From positions 62,001-126,000 of the forward strand of contig NIVC01000896.1 in assembly GCA_002269645.1 (NCBI GenBank): 64,000 bases of DNA. Reading direction: 5' to 3'. A program made the translations under genes and the position numbers. This document shows, one piece after another, positions 46,401 through 58,600 of the stretch. The notes under the pieces are model-generated. The model saw nothing but the letters and a program-made list of their open reading frames with translations, did not search any database and was not told where the DNA came from. Source of the stretch: Macrostomum lignano. Its lineage: Eukaryota. Within the stretch, counting starts at the first letter, position 1. The number at the start of each line of letters is the position of its first letter.

Positions 46401-49400
46401 CTTTAATCTATCATATCCATTACATTTTCTCCAATTTACCGGGAAAGAAACACAGAAACACGAGAAGAATCGAAACTGCGCCAAATTATGGATTCGGTTG
46501 CCAAATTAAAGAGCGAAAATTACAGCTTATTGAACAGCAGCTGTCTAGAAAAATCATCCGACCGTTTTATTGCCCTAAATTTTGCAGACACGCGACTTGA
46601 AGGTCATAAATTAAAATGCAAAAGTTAGGTCGTAGTTATAAACCAGCCTGCATTAACTTAGGATTCGGAAGAGAGGTTTGCATTTAGCCTATAATGCTTG
46701 GTATTGTTTTAGAAACATTCTTCGTCATCCCAGCAGCAGTCAATGCTGACTGGCTGGTATTGGAAGGAAATGACCTTCGACGCAAATAAACACGAATAAT
46801 ATGATTTCGGAACAGCTGAATGCCTGGCATTTCCGCCCCGCACTGAGATGCAGAGGCTCCACCGCCTGCCATCCCGCTATGCCGCACGCAAGCAGTCGAA
46901 AAAGTGCCTTTCAATAACAAAAAAGAATTTGGAAAGGCCGGTCAAGTCTGATGGAGTGTAGCTGAGGTTATTACTGCACCGGCGGCCTCCCTAGAATTTC
47001 CCTGGCCAAACTCATTGCATTATATTATTACAGAAACCAGACCGTCCTTCCAAAGTGTTTCATTAATAGACAGGAAGGCTTAATTCTCGTCTGTTTGCAG
47101 CAATTTGCACTATTTTTTCTAGCTAGGTATCCAGTCAATAATCACTTTCACTTCGGTTCAAGTGCTTGTGCCGGGCGCCCAGACGTCAGGTAGAATTTCC
47201 GGATCCATACTTACCCACTGCCCGAGTTAAACGATGTCAGTTTGCTGGCATGGAAAATGGCTGGCTAGACTAGCAGAAATCGCACTTTTAGATAGCAGAT
47301 TACACGGGGTTAAAAAATTTCACTTTCACAATGATCCAACAGACGAGATATGCATAAGAACAATGTTAATACCGTCACTTCAGGTGGTAGCCCAGTGGGA
47401 CAGCATCCGCTCTCTCCCAGCCCGGGTGCACGTGCACATGTGGGCCCCGTTCGCCTCGATGGCGCCGCGTGTAGTTGTCAATCGGGAACTGCGAGCTTTC
47501 CAGGACTCGCCGAATCCGTTCGGCTTGGAGCATCTCCGCGCTGAAGACGACGACACACCCGACCGAGGCCTGACGTACCGAGTGACGGCAGTGCAGAACT
47601 GTTACGTTGCGTTCGCCGACAATTCGATGAGACGGATAGATCAATTTACGCAGGACGACATTGCTGCTGGAAGGATGCTATTTGTGCATACAGGTAGCTC
47701 ACGTTTTCATTGAATTACACGTCTATTTCTAATATTTCTAATACTTCTGATAGAGAGAAAATAGGCTTTGATTGAAATGTGCTTGAGAATTTTCTGTATT
47801 ACTTGATTTATTTTTTAGGTCTTTCCAGTTTCGGCAGCTTCAACTTCTACGTTCAAGACTCGTCGGGGACGCAGAGTCAACAGTATCAGTTCTACGCTAC
47901 CACGCAGCCTCTATCCATCATCATGCGGAGTCGTCTGCCGAGTCTTGAGGCCTTTCCCAATCTGATGCACATTCTGAGCCCGGACCACCTCCTGGCAGTC
48001 ACAAACAATGGCTACTACGCCAGGGACATTGTGTACAGGATTAAAGGGAACGGCGCATTGGGTCGACTGGGAATCGTGACGAGGAACCCGACGACAGGTG
48101 CGATGACGCTTGAAGCAACAAGAGAATTCACGCAGAGCCAGGTGAATGCATCAACTGTGGCATACAACCATTCGCATGCCTACAGCTTGGGCAGCCATGC
48201 TGAATACGTGGATCGGGTTCTGTTTGATGTTACTGCTAGGGGAGCGCCGTCGCTAGAACGTCAAGAGCTACGAATTGTCATATCTGATCGGCATATAAAT
48301 CGGTTTAATCAGCGTTTACTTCTTAACATGAACCCACTAACAGTGTTGGAAGGTGGAAATGTCAGTCTCACAGTAAGAAACATTGACGGAGCTAGTTTTG
48401 CGCGCCTCATGCCGACTAATGTGCTATTATTCGTTATTACCGAGCTCCCTAAATACGGAATATTCACATTTTCCGGAAATAACATCAGTATAGGTGACAC
48501 TTTTGTACGAGACGATTTGGTAAAGGCAAACCTAGTTTATTATCACGACGGCTCTGATACCGAAGTGGATGAGCTTGGATTCTATGTTCGCGAGCAGACG
48601 GACAGTCAGCTGACTCCGCAATCTATGGCAAAGCAGCCCGCTGTGCTGCGAATTCAAGTGACTCCGGTCAACGATCAGATCTTTAAAGTGGATAGAATGA
48701 ACTCAGTAGTGAAAGTCCTGAGGGGTAGATTTGTTAAAATCGGCCCGGATCAGCTATCTGTAATCGATCAAGACAGCCAATCCGAGCAGATTGTCTATCG
48801 CGTTCGTCGCTCGCCAACCTTTGGCCAATTGCGCATCAACTCACGAGCTTGCCTTTCGTTTCCGCGTGCACCGGAGGAACCCACGTGTGAATTTAGTCAG
48901 GCCGACGTCAATGCCGGCCAAGTTGTCTACCTGCACCTAGGAAACAATGGTAGCCTGGACAGTTTCTATTTCTGCGTTTCGGACAGCTTTTCGCAGCCGG
49001 AGCACAAGCCGTTCTGCCAGACATTCGAGATCCACGTGTCCCCGGTTTCAATTACCTTTCTATCCACGCATGATCTGCTAATAAGGCAGGGCTACAACAG
49101 CGCAACTTTAACACCTGTCCAGCTAAACGCGTCCTGCAACGATCCTCAAGACCCGATTTGGTATACAGTGACACGCACGCCAGAGTACGGCCAGCTCTAT
49201 AGAGACAAACTCGGAGTCTTCAACTTCTCTCAGGCTGATGTCGACAAAGGCCTGATTCGTTACCAGCTGACCAGATTCGTGAGCAGCCTGGACTCCATGC
49301 AGTTCAGCGTTGTGACCAAATCTCGCTCAGCTGTGCTGCCTGATCGTCAGCTGGTCATTCGAGTCCGAGCGGGGGTCAGCGTCTCCCCTGTGATACTTCA

Positions 49401-50766
49401 CGAGTGCCCGGGTGAAATGCAAACTTCTCGGTTGACTCGGAACCACATTGACGATCGGGAACTCAAGAACAAACTGAGGTGCGTATAGAACAGTCTGGGT
49501 TGAGTATAGCCTTAGAAAATTGGCAATCATAAAATAATAAAGTTAATTGGCTCAAATTTCAGGTACGAAGCACCGACGCGGTACAGAATTGTGAAGCAGG
49601 CGGTGAATGCTCTGATATCGCCGGCGTCATTCACCCAGTCAGACATTGACGCTGGTGCCGTTCAAGCGGTTGGCCTGGTTGGTCAGCGAGGGCGCTTTCT
49701 AACACCGGGCGTCGCTGCAGCCGAAATCGAAGTCACCACACCGCTGGCAAACGTCGCCCCCGGCGCCTTCAATCTCACAGTGCGACTCGTCTTGTGCCAG
49801 GGTCAAAATGCGTCTGAGGCACGTGGTAAAGAATTCACGAACAGCGAGGATGACGCAGCTAGAGTTCTCGGCCTGAGCAGAACTAACTTCGTCACTCTGG
49901 TACTTGTCTGTGGCGTTGTGCTGCTTGCCGCCGTGCTGCTTGTGCTGGTCCGCGTGATACCGCAGCGTCTAGCAAAAGCAGCGGCTGCCAATGGAAGACG
50001 CCAGGCAGACAGTCAAGTGGTGGAGAAGCCGGATACCTCGCAGCTGTATGGCAGTGGAAGCAACGGAGGCAGCTGTAACGGCGGTGCTACGCTCTCTAGC
50101 AGCAGCTCCCGCATGCAGGCCCTGCCGATTGTCCCCGAATCCATACTCAAGCCAAAGCCGCTCGTGTCAGTAGCCTCAGCAGGATATTACGACACCCGAT
50201 CACTAGCCAGCAATCATTCGCACAATGCCAGCTATCGCAGCATTCCCGGTGCCAAGTCCGCGTCAATCAGCAACCTCAGTCCGGGTCAACAACACCTCCA
50301 GGCGCAGCTGACGCCGCCACCACCACCACCGCCGCCGCCGCCGCCTGTGCAGACAATTTCTACAGCCACGCGTCACGTGGCATTTGACCCGCATCCGAGA
50401 GTGGAGAACCTGAGCCCGCCGGCCAGTTTACGACAAGCCGGAGGAGGTCGTTCAAGCAAGTCATCGTCACCGTTTCGCGATAAGTCCCTCCATCGAGACG
50501 ATCGCATTGACAGCGACAGCGCTGACAGTCCGCAGAGCGCGATGCTGCTTGGAGGAGCTACGAGGCTATCTGGAAGCCCGACCAGGTATCAATACCAGCA
50601 GCAGCAGCCTCAGCTGAACCAGTTGCAGCAGCCCCTGTTGCTATTCCCGAGAGCTGCCGGTTCAGCCTCGATTGCATCTTCTGCAACTCCGGAAACTGAA
50701 GAAGAGATTCAACTTCATCCAATGCAGCCGCTTCGAGGGGATGTCCACACGAAGACTTGGCTGTAG
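34439..50766 (+). CDS. CSPG4: chondroitin sulfate proteoglycan 4 / NG2 / Kon-tiki-like protein (~2550 aa). Exons: 34439-34508, 35179-39319 (1-bp frameshift at ~38595), 42741-42901, 42989-43103, 47384-47693, 47819-49478, 49563-50766
   Basis: Signal peptide MIFIYFWSLSLWLLAIQPSAG; two laminin-G domains (SFYGESY..., LNDRQWHSV, FNDGRWHVI, FRGCL, IEGCLRD); an EGF-like PCIPGAQC..C; many CSPG repeats (FTLADLQQGRVVYIHDGSE, FTQSDVNASRV, FSQADVNAGQVVYLH); a TM segment VTLVLVCGVVLLAAVLLVLV; C-terminal TKTWL. All splice phases fit. Confidence 0.9.
43850..44440. repeat. 45/54-bp minisatellite built from 9-bp subunits (CTAAGACCCTAAGACACTAGGAAAGGCACTGAGACACCAAGACC)
   Basis: Direct reading. Some units carry an extra CGAAAACCC. 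Preceded by GACAG-rich simple repeats at 43715-43840. Confidence 0.93.
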
Positions 50767-52686
50767 GCCGGACCTGTTGGTAGATTGGACCAACTTGCGC
50801 GTTCAATGCATGTTCATGTACTGGCTCCGTGCATATCTGGGCATTCGTTGGGTTTAAACAAAGCAACGAGACTCTTGACTTTGGCAAATGGTTCGTGCTA
50901 AGCTTGCAGCTTCTCGAAAGCTTAAGCAGTGGAAATTGAAAGCCAAGGGCCAGATTAAGTTTGATATTATTGATTAGTTAGTTGAGTGCCTATTTCGGGC
51001 CACACAGTTAATACATGTAGCACCCGACTGAATTCATGCCTACCTACCAAATTTATTTGCTTATAATTTTGATGCCCATGCTCCATTCTGCTCGCGTGCT
51101 AATTATTTGTTTTATATCTGCTTCGTATGAAAAAAGGCACAGAGCTTATTGGAATTCATTTACAACATACTAACTTCTCTTTAAATTAATTTGACTGTCT
51201 AACCATTGAATATAAATTTTGATTGCAAGAATTGTACTGCTAAACTGTCAACTTACTACTGTTAGAGACATGTGAGTAAAATATGAGAGATTTCTTCCTC
51301 TGAAAAAGTATTTCTTCGGATAATTTAAACTTGTCTTTGCATATTTTACAAAGATTTATACAGCAGAACTAATCAATAGCTACTGCACGAGAAGTCAATT
51401 TAGCGCACAGCGCTCTGTACAACATATGCTGGTATAACTATGCCGTTCTTAGAGCTAAAGGCGAAATACTAACTTTAATAAGGCAATTCTAGCAGCAATT
51501 ATCGATAAAAAATAAACCTTTAAATATTTCTTCAAGTTGCGCACTGCATTACAACGAGTATAACCGTTGAATATAGCGAATCTCCTAAAATGGGTGACTT
51601 TTTGATAGTTAGCAGTAAGTTGAAGATTAAAACAGTTTTCTGAAGTTCTTTTCGGTATGCAGATGCAAACAGGGTGCACTTAAAATTTCGAAGTGCTAAA
51701 TCATAGTTATATTTTGGTCAATTTAAATTGTCGCAGAAATATAGCTGATTAAAACAAAAGAAATGGGTGGTAGACAAGGCACAGAAAATCTTTGTTTTAA
51801 CGATTGTGGTGCTTTAAAAAACGTATTTTTCATCTGTAAACTTTCACAAGCTGTGTTTATAAGATTTTAAAAAATATTTGGTAAAAACGAGAGCTTACGA
51901 GATTAATGACGCTTAAAAATAATGTATCACATTGTTTCCGGGTGTTTTTGAACAAGTAGAGAAAAGAGACAACAAAATATTTTTGCTTAAAATAGACGCA
52001 AAGAACTCTATAAAAGACTGTGTTACCAGCTAAAAAAAGAAAAATATTTTCAGGATATTTGATCAAATAAAATAAATTCATCGACAAAAAACAACGAAGA
52101 TAGAAACACTGTTTTTTTCTGAAAAAATGTGTTTTTAATAGTACTTGGATTATTATACTACGAAACAAGACATTTTGATCAAGAATGAATTTGCAGAAAA
52201 ATTGTCTCAATAGTGCTTGAATTTTTGTATTGCAAAGCAAATAGTTTTAATCCAGAAGGAACTAATTGCTACAAAAATAGGGTGATTAACCAAGCGTAAA
52301 TCCGACGCCAAGAAATCATAATGATCGGTTATCATAAAGAGAATCAAAGAGATATAAATTTTTTGTAACATGAATCCGTCCAACCTGCGATTTAGAGTAG
52401 GCAAGTAAATTTTTGTCTTGATCTGCTTTAAGTAACTCTCTTTAGAAAAAAATAAAAATCAATTTTTAGACTATCAACTGATTCAGACAGTAATCAGCAA
52501 TTTTATCAGTCTGTTTCGTTGCCTTAATGAGAGTTATAAAAAGCAGTTTCTTAAATAGTTTTTGATAAATAATTCTTTCGATTCACTTTCACGATTAAGT
52601 CATTTATAAAAAATGTTGATAATGTTGAAGCGATTAAGCTTCAATGATCCGGTCTGTGCATCCGATTTGCCTTGCCAGTCAGTGAA

Positions 52687-55600
52687 TCAGTCGTAAATCC
52701 TGGTCAGGTCGCGATCGGCTGGGCCGGCCAAGCTAGTCGAAGTCGAGTCGGCGGTTTTCGGTCGGTCCGAATTCGAGCCCTGCTCCTCAGCCTCGGCAGT
52801 CACTTCGTAAGTTTTGCCAGCGGCTGCGCGGCGGCGCTTCTTCTTGGCCTCTTCGAAGTAGACCTTCTCGATGAACTCCACCAGGCTGTCGATGCGCGAC
52901 GGCAAGGCGACGCCGACCTCTTCTTCGAACGAGTGAGCGCGGTAGTCGGACTCGGCCAGGTTGTGGCCAAAGTAGCTGCGGGCTGCTCGGCTGCTGCCCA
53001 TGCCCACGGACACCATCACCCTGCGGGGATTTCGCGATTTAAGGATTTTGTCACTACTGAGAAACCATGTCGGTCCTGTGTATATGGTTGATGATGATAG
53101 AACAGTAATCGCTTTGATTTCCAACTGTATCCAACACCTCTTGTTCCAAAGACATTCTATGAGTGTATGTGCAGTACCCTGACAGGCCCCTTTGTTTTTT
53201 ACCACAGCAAGTCCTTAAGTGATCTCAACGAGCAAGGGATTTAATATTTGTTTACGCGGGAGACACAAGTCTAACCACTAAATTTCAACAGTGGCATAGT
53301 TTTAGTTTGCAAAGCAAGTGGTTAAAATCAGCAAAGATCTTCTTCATGGCGATGATTGAACTTGTATCAAATACCCAAGCGTTTGAAGCTCATATCAAAT
53401 ATGTGAAAATGCAAACAAAGTCCATAAGAGAAATATCACGATAAAGGGTTAAATATGTTCTACAAAAAGGGAGACTCTACGTTTCTACTAGTAAGAAAGA
53501 CACAGACTTCCTTGACTGGCTCTGTCGCTATATGAGAACCAAGCCTTATAGCAATACCATTGCACTTTCGTTTATGCATATTCACGCCTGGATAACATAT
53601 TTGCATTGTTTAACACAGGTGTACGGTGGGAAAGTGTAAGGCAAGAAATTTTCCAAGTAGGCCAAGCTCACCTCCATGAAGAAAGAGAGGGCTTTAGGAG
53701 AGCAGCTTTCTTCCATCCCACGACAATGCACCCAGCCTTCTCCTATATCCTCTCCACAGCTGTTTAAGCTCTTATCAAGTCGACAATGGTTGTGAGGCTG
53801 CTTTTATCCCACTAGACCGCTGTATAGTTTGAGGGCTGTTCAGTGTCTTTCCTTAGCTGTCTGTTTGCTGACACCAATTTTCCAGCTTCAACCGTCCCCC
53901 TACCCAACATGCTATTTCATTAGTAGCCCTCTACCAGTTGTTGTACTTGCTGCTCTACTGGAGAAGACAGAATAAATGTTATTTAGCGTGCGGGACCTTG
54001 ATAGTGAGTCTACTTTTGGCTCTGGATTTGCTCTCGTCTACTCCTTCTATGCACTTAAGCAATCGCTAAAATTATGAAACTTGATTCTTACTTTTGCACG
54101 ATGAAGTCCAGCATCTCATGCTCATTCTCTTGCTTCTCAACGTCGTCTCGAACTTTAGCAAAAGCCTCGTTGAGGATGGCAACAAACATGTTCAACAGGA
54201 TAAAAATAATAAAGATGGTGTAAGCAGAGAAGATAGCCGGTCCAATGATAGGCTCCGCGATGTACAGATCCAGGAACTTGAACTTGCCCAGCGCGATCTG
54301 CATGAGCTGCTCCATGGTGTAGATAAAGGTGCAGTAACCGTACAGCTGGTCCATGAACACTAGGTAGAAGGTCTGGATGAAGGCGGCAAAGATAATGAAG
54401 AACATGAAGAAGAACTGGCGGATGTCCCGGGCGGCCACTCGCAGGACGTCGCCAAGCATACCCATGCGCTTGTTGAAGCGAAGCAGACGAACAAATTTCA
54501 GGGTGGAGACAAACACGATGAAGGCTGTGAAGTACGTCAGATACTCGTTCCAGAAAGCCACGTACTGGAAGTTCAAGTAGACGTTTCCTCCGTACTTATT
54601 AAATTCAGAGGTTAGCTGTGAAGTCTCGTAGAGCACGTATGCATAGGCGGCGATGCTAGCCATGGAGCCAATAAGAATGAACATCTCAGCAATGTTCCAT
54701 ATCTGGGTAAAGTACTTCATCCTCTCTTTATAAAACTTTCGAGCCTCTTTCACCATGTAGGCAATGAGTATGAAGCAGAAAACAACTTGGCAAGCAATCT
54801 CAAAGCCCTTCACGCCGGAAACGAGGAAACTAAGAAGGTTAGCCGCCTGGAAACGATAAATTCCAACCATACCGCCACTGCCCTCGAATTCGAACACAAT
54901 GGTGGCGATTCCGAACAAGTTCACGTTAGGGTTGTAAAATGCTAACTCGAGGAAAATAGCGCGCGTCTGCTTGTCCAACCAGTGCAGAGTCTTGAGTTCG
55001 GCTATGTTGGATCGGATATTTTTCAGCGAGCCTCGGAATTGAAACACATAACCACCTGGGGAGTAGGTGTGCATCCGAGCTATGTACGGTCCAAAACTCT
55101 TCAGCTTGGAACCACTGGTGTACCTGAATGCTTCGTATTGAGGCAATGCGGTGGTGTTAGGATTGTAATCCGTCCACTTAGGATCAAAATCTCGCTTCTC
55201 CTCGTCGATAAAGTTGTACGTATCGATGCAGTTTTTGACCAAGTATCGAACGCTCGGCTGTACGACACACGTGTTAAGCTTGTTACGCTTTTGCCTCATG
55301 ATAGCGTAGCCCACCAGTCTGCCAACGCGATCGCCGGTGTAGCCCCTCTGGAACAGCGGCGGGGCTCCGTTGTACCATCGATCAGCACGGATTCCAGGAA
55401 TGAATTGGTCCTCAAGCCACTGCCAGAACTGGGCTTCCGTTGAAATCCCAGGAATACCCTCGCCAGTCGCATTGTCCATCCTTGGAAGCAAAAGGCGTTC
55501 CATCTGCGACTTCATGTCGTACAGATTCGGGTCACGGAAGGCGAATGTGACCAGAAGAAGTAGAAGATAAAACATAAAGTAGAAGACGATCTCTCTTAAG

Positions 55601-58600
55601 ATTTCAAACATCTTCTTTTCTTTTAGGCGGCGCTCTCTGGCTCTTTCGAGTAGCTCAGCATTTGGTGGCTCAATGCCCGTCTTCCGCTGTCGATCAATGT
55701 CCCCTTCGTCGTACATCCACTCCTCGTCGAAGCGCAAACCGTTGCGTTGACCAATCTCGTTAAGAACTTCTTCTTCATCGTCCAGGAACTCTTCCTCCTC
55801 GTTGCTGTTCTGCTTCTTGCACAGCAGGGCAAAGAACACCGCCACAAGCAGAACTTTCAGCGGCTGGGACAGCATGACGGAAGCAAAGAAGGAGACGAAC
55901 AGAGAGGAAATCCATTTCTTGCAGGTTTCGTCACCAAACTGGATGCCGTAGAAAGTAGTAAAGACAGCCGATGTGAGCGTTCCAAGAATCAGAATAATCC
56001 AAGAGATGATGCGCACCCACCAGGGGAATCGAACTGGCCTCTTCGGTGGCTTTTCTTCGTCAGAATCCACGTCAACATTCACCTGTTTGGACGAACCAAA
56101 AGTGCTTGCTTGCATTGGTTTCGTCGGTCCACTAGACTTTGGCTGCTGCACTTGGTACTTGGCACTCTGATCCGAGTATCTAAAATCATCTGATTCCGAG
56201 CCGTCAAAGTGGTCATCAATGGCCTTCTTTAGCTGATTGACGTATCCAACACGGAGTCGAGAACGACGGAACAGCTCCATGACCAAGAACAGAGGCACGA
56301 ATGTTATAATGTTGGTTACCACACCGACCCATACCATGCGTGGGGTCAGCGAAAAGGCCCAATGTTCAAACCACTGGTTGCAGAGGCCTTGGTCGGTCCC
56401 TCTTTCTGGTAGAACATACAAGTGGTCACCATTGTTAGGAATAGAAGGAACAAGCAGCAGGCGACCCGCTCGACTCGGGTGAAGCGCGATTCCGGTGGCC
56501 GAGCCATAATAGATAGCCACAAGTGCCCGTCCGTCAGGTCCTTTTTTGTCTGAGTTGAGAACATGTAATTAAAGTCTTTAAGCTCTTCGAGTCCAGCAAC
56601 TGGAACCACTCGATCAACGACTCCGTCATCCTCTTCGACGGCTAGCCAGCGATTGAGAACGAAGTGGTAGCGGCGACGGGTCTGCAGGTCGATGACAACC
56701 ACGGAGTTGCAGTACCACGAAGCGCTTGCACCCCTGCCGCTGTTGTCGTGCCAGATGCGCAGAAAGTTAAGAGCACCGAGAGGTCTACAATTTTTCAAAA
56801 ATCGACATTAAAAGCTGCGTTAATAAAATTTGTTGAATGCTTCTATACATTCTATACCTCACAAAGGCATTGCCTCCTTACCTTTCAACAGCCATAAGGA
56901 AGCGATCCGCGCAACCCCTCTGGAGAACTTTTCTCTTCTTATCCTCTAGAGGTCGAATGTCCGTCTCGTCTCGTTCGCCGCTCAGAATGAAGTGCACCTT
57001 GGACTCTGTTCCAGCTCCGCGACGCATGCCAGTGCTGACCACAATTTCATATAGATACTTGTGCTCCGGGTTGTTGTCGTAGAGCGGGGTAACGCCAAGC
57101 TGTAAAGTTTGTTGTTAAAGCAATTTATAATTTACAACGAAAGTTAGTATACTATTTGTTTTATAAACTGAATGCAATACGCATGCTCTACCTTCTCCAG
57201 ATCCTTTTTGTCTCCATGTCGCGCCCAGATGAAGATCAGAGTAAACAAAACCGCGATCACAATTTGCGTGACGAACAGCGTAGGATTCTTTGTGAAGTCA
57301 AAGTTTGAAAACACATAATTCCAGTCAATGGTGTTCGGCGATTCTACCCATCCGCCAGCAAAGGATGTCAGATGGGAGCAGAGGCATTGCGTCGTGCGCA
57401 CTGTCGTCTTGTTACCAACTGTGCAGCCCGAAGTGCTCCACGAGTCTTCGTTTCGTCTAGTGGCGTAGCAGCTCGCGCTGAATATGCGAACTTTGTATTT
57501 AATTGTGAACTGCTTACTGTAAGGATATGGAATTGGCGGCGGATTGTTCTCCGTGTACTTGTTAAACTCCTCTTCTTCCAGCTCTCGGACGCCAAACTTC
57601 ACTTTGTTCACATCCTTGTCCCAGTCCGGAGCCCGGCTGCGTACTTTGGCCTTGACTTTGTTAAACTTGTCGTTAGAGACGAAGAACGTGAAGGGATCAG
57701 GTTCATCGGCGCCTGGGTACACGCGGCAGTACTCAGTATTGGTTGGTATCATTCCCCACCAGTCGAAGCCCTTCTCAGGATCCATTAACGATGGTGGGTG
57801 CCAAAGACGGCCAACAACGAGAAACTGGCGGCATTTGGTCACATTGCGGGTAAAGTTTTCGAACTCTACTTGAAAATGAACGGACTGATCGTTGCCAGTA
57901 AGCTGGAAGTCGTGCAGTATCAGCTTCTGATAGATCTTTTTGTTTTTCTCAAATGGACCTTCTGCAGAGCCGGGAACTTCCATGCCCTCCGGGATGCGTG
58001 GTATTGGCTGGTGCGGATTCGGGTCAGTGAATTTCGGTTCAACAAACGTCGGGTCTTTGTTGATATTGATCTCAAATACGCCATTGTTTCCAGTGTTGTC
58101 AATGCGAATCTCTTTGCCATCCTTACCGCGGAGGTTTAGTGTTACAACCTCTGCTGATTTTGGAATAGAGCAATCGCCATTGTTGGTTGGCATCTTTGGG
58201 AACGGGTTGGTTGGCATCGCGAATGCGGCCATCGCAATGGCGCTGTTAGGCCCGCTACACTGACCACTGCTGGTACTGGCTTTAGTCAGTTCGCAAAGGC
58301 CTTTCGGCATGGAGAAACTTGATCGACCGGCTGAAATTTGAACTCCACTGAGACTGTCTGGGCTAGTATTGTTGATCACTAGACTCAGTTGTGGAGTCAC
58401 AATCACCAGTGGCTTATCCCCTTGAACCTGTTTTGAAGCAAGCATGACGGTCAGGTCTTCGATGGCTCCAATGCTGTCGCTGCTGACTTCTTTGGACACC
58501 TTGCCCTGCACAACGCCGTTGGTCTCCTTGATAAACTTCGAACCGGCTTCCAATGTGGAACTGCTTTTCATGAAACCCTGGCGATCGGACTCCCAGTCAG

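Noticed and set aside
53719-53733. HDNAP, a mariner catalytic-motif look-alike
   Set aside because: Five residues with no convincing flanking transposase similarity.
56345-56360. Programmed ribosomal frameshift (CCT TTT CGC resembles the UCC_UUU_CGU +1 site)
   Set aside because: Restoring the protein needs -1, not +1; the +1 frame soon stops.
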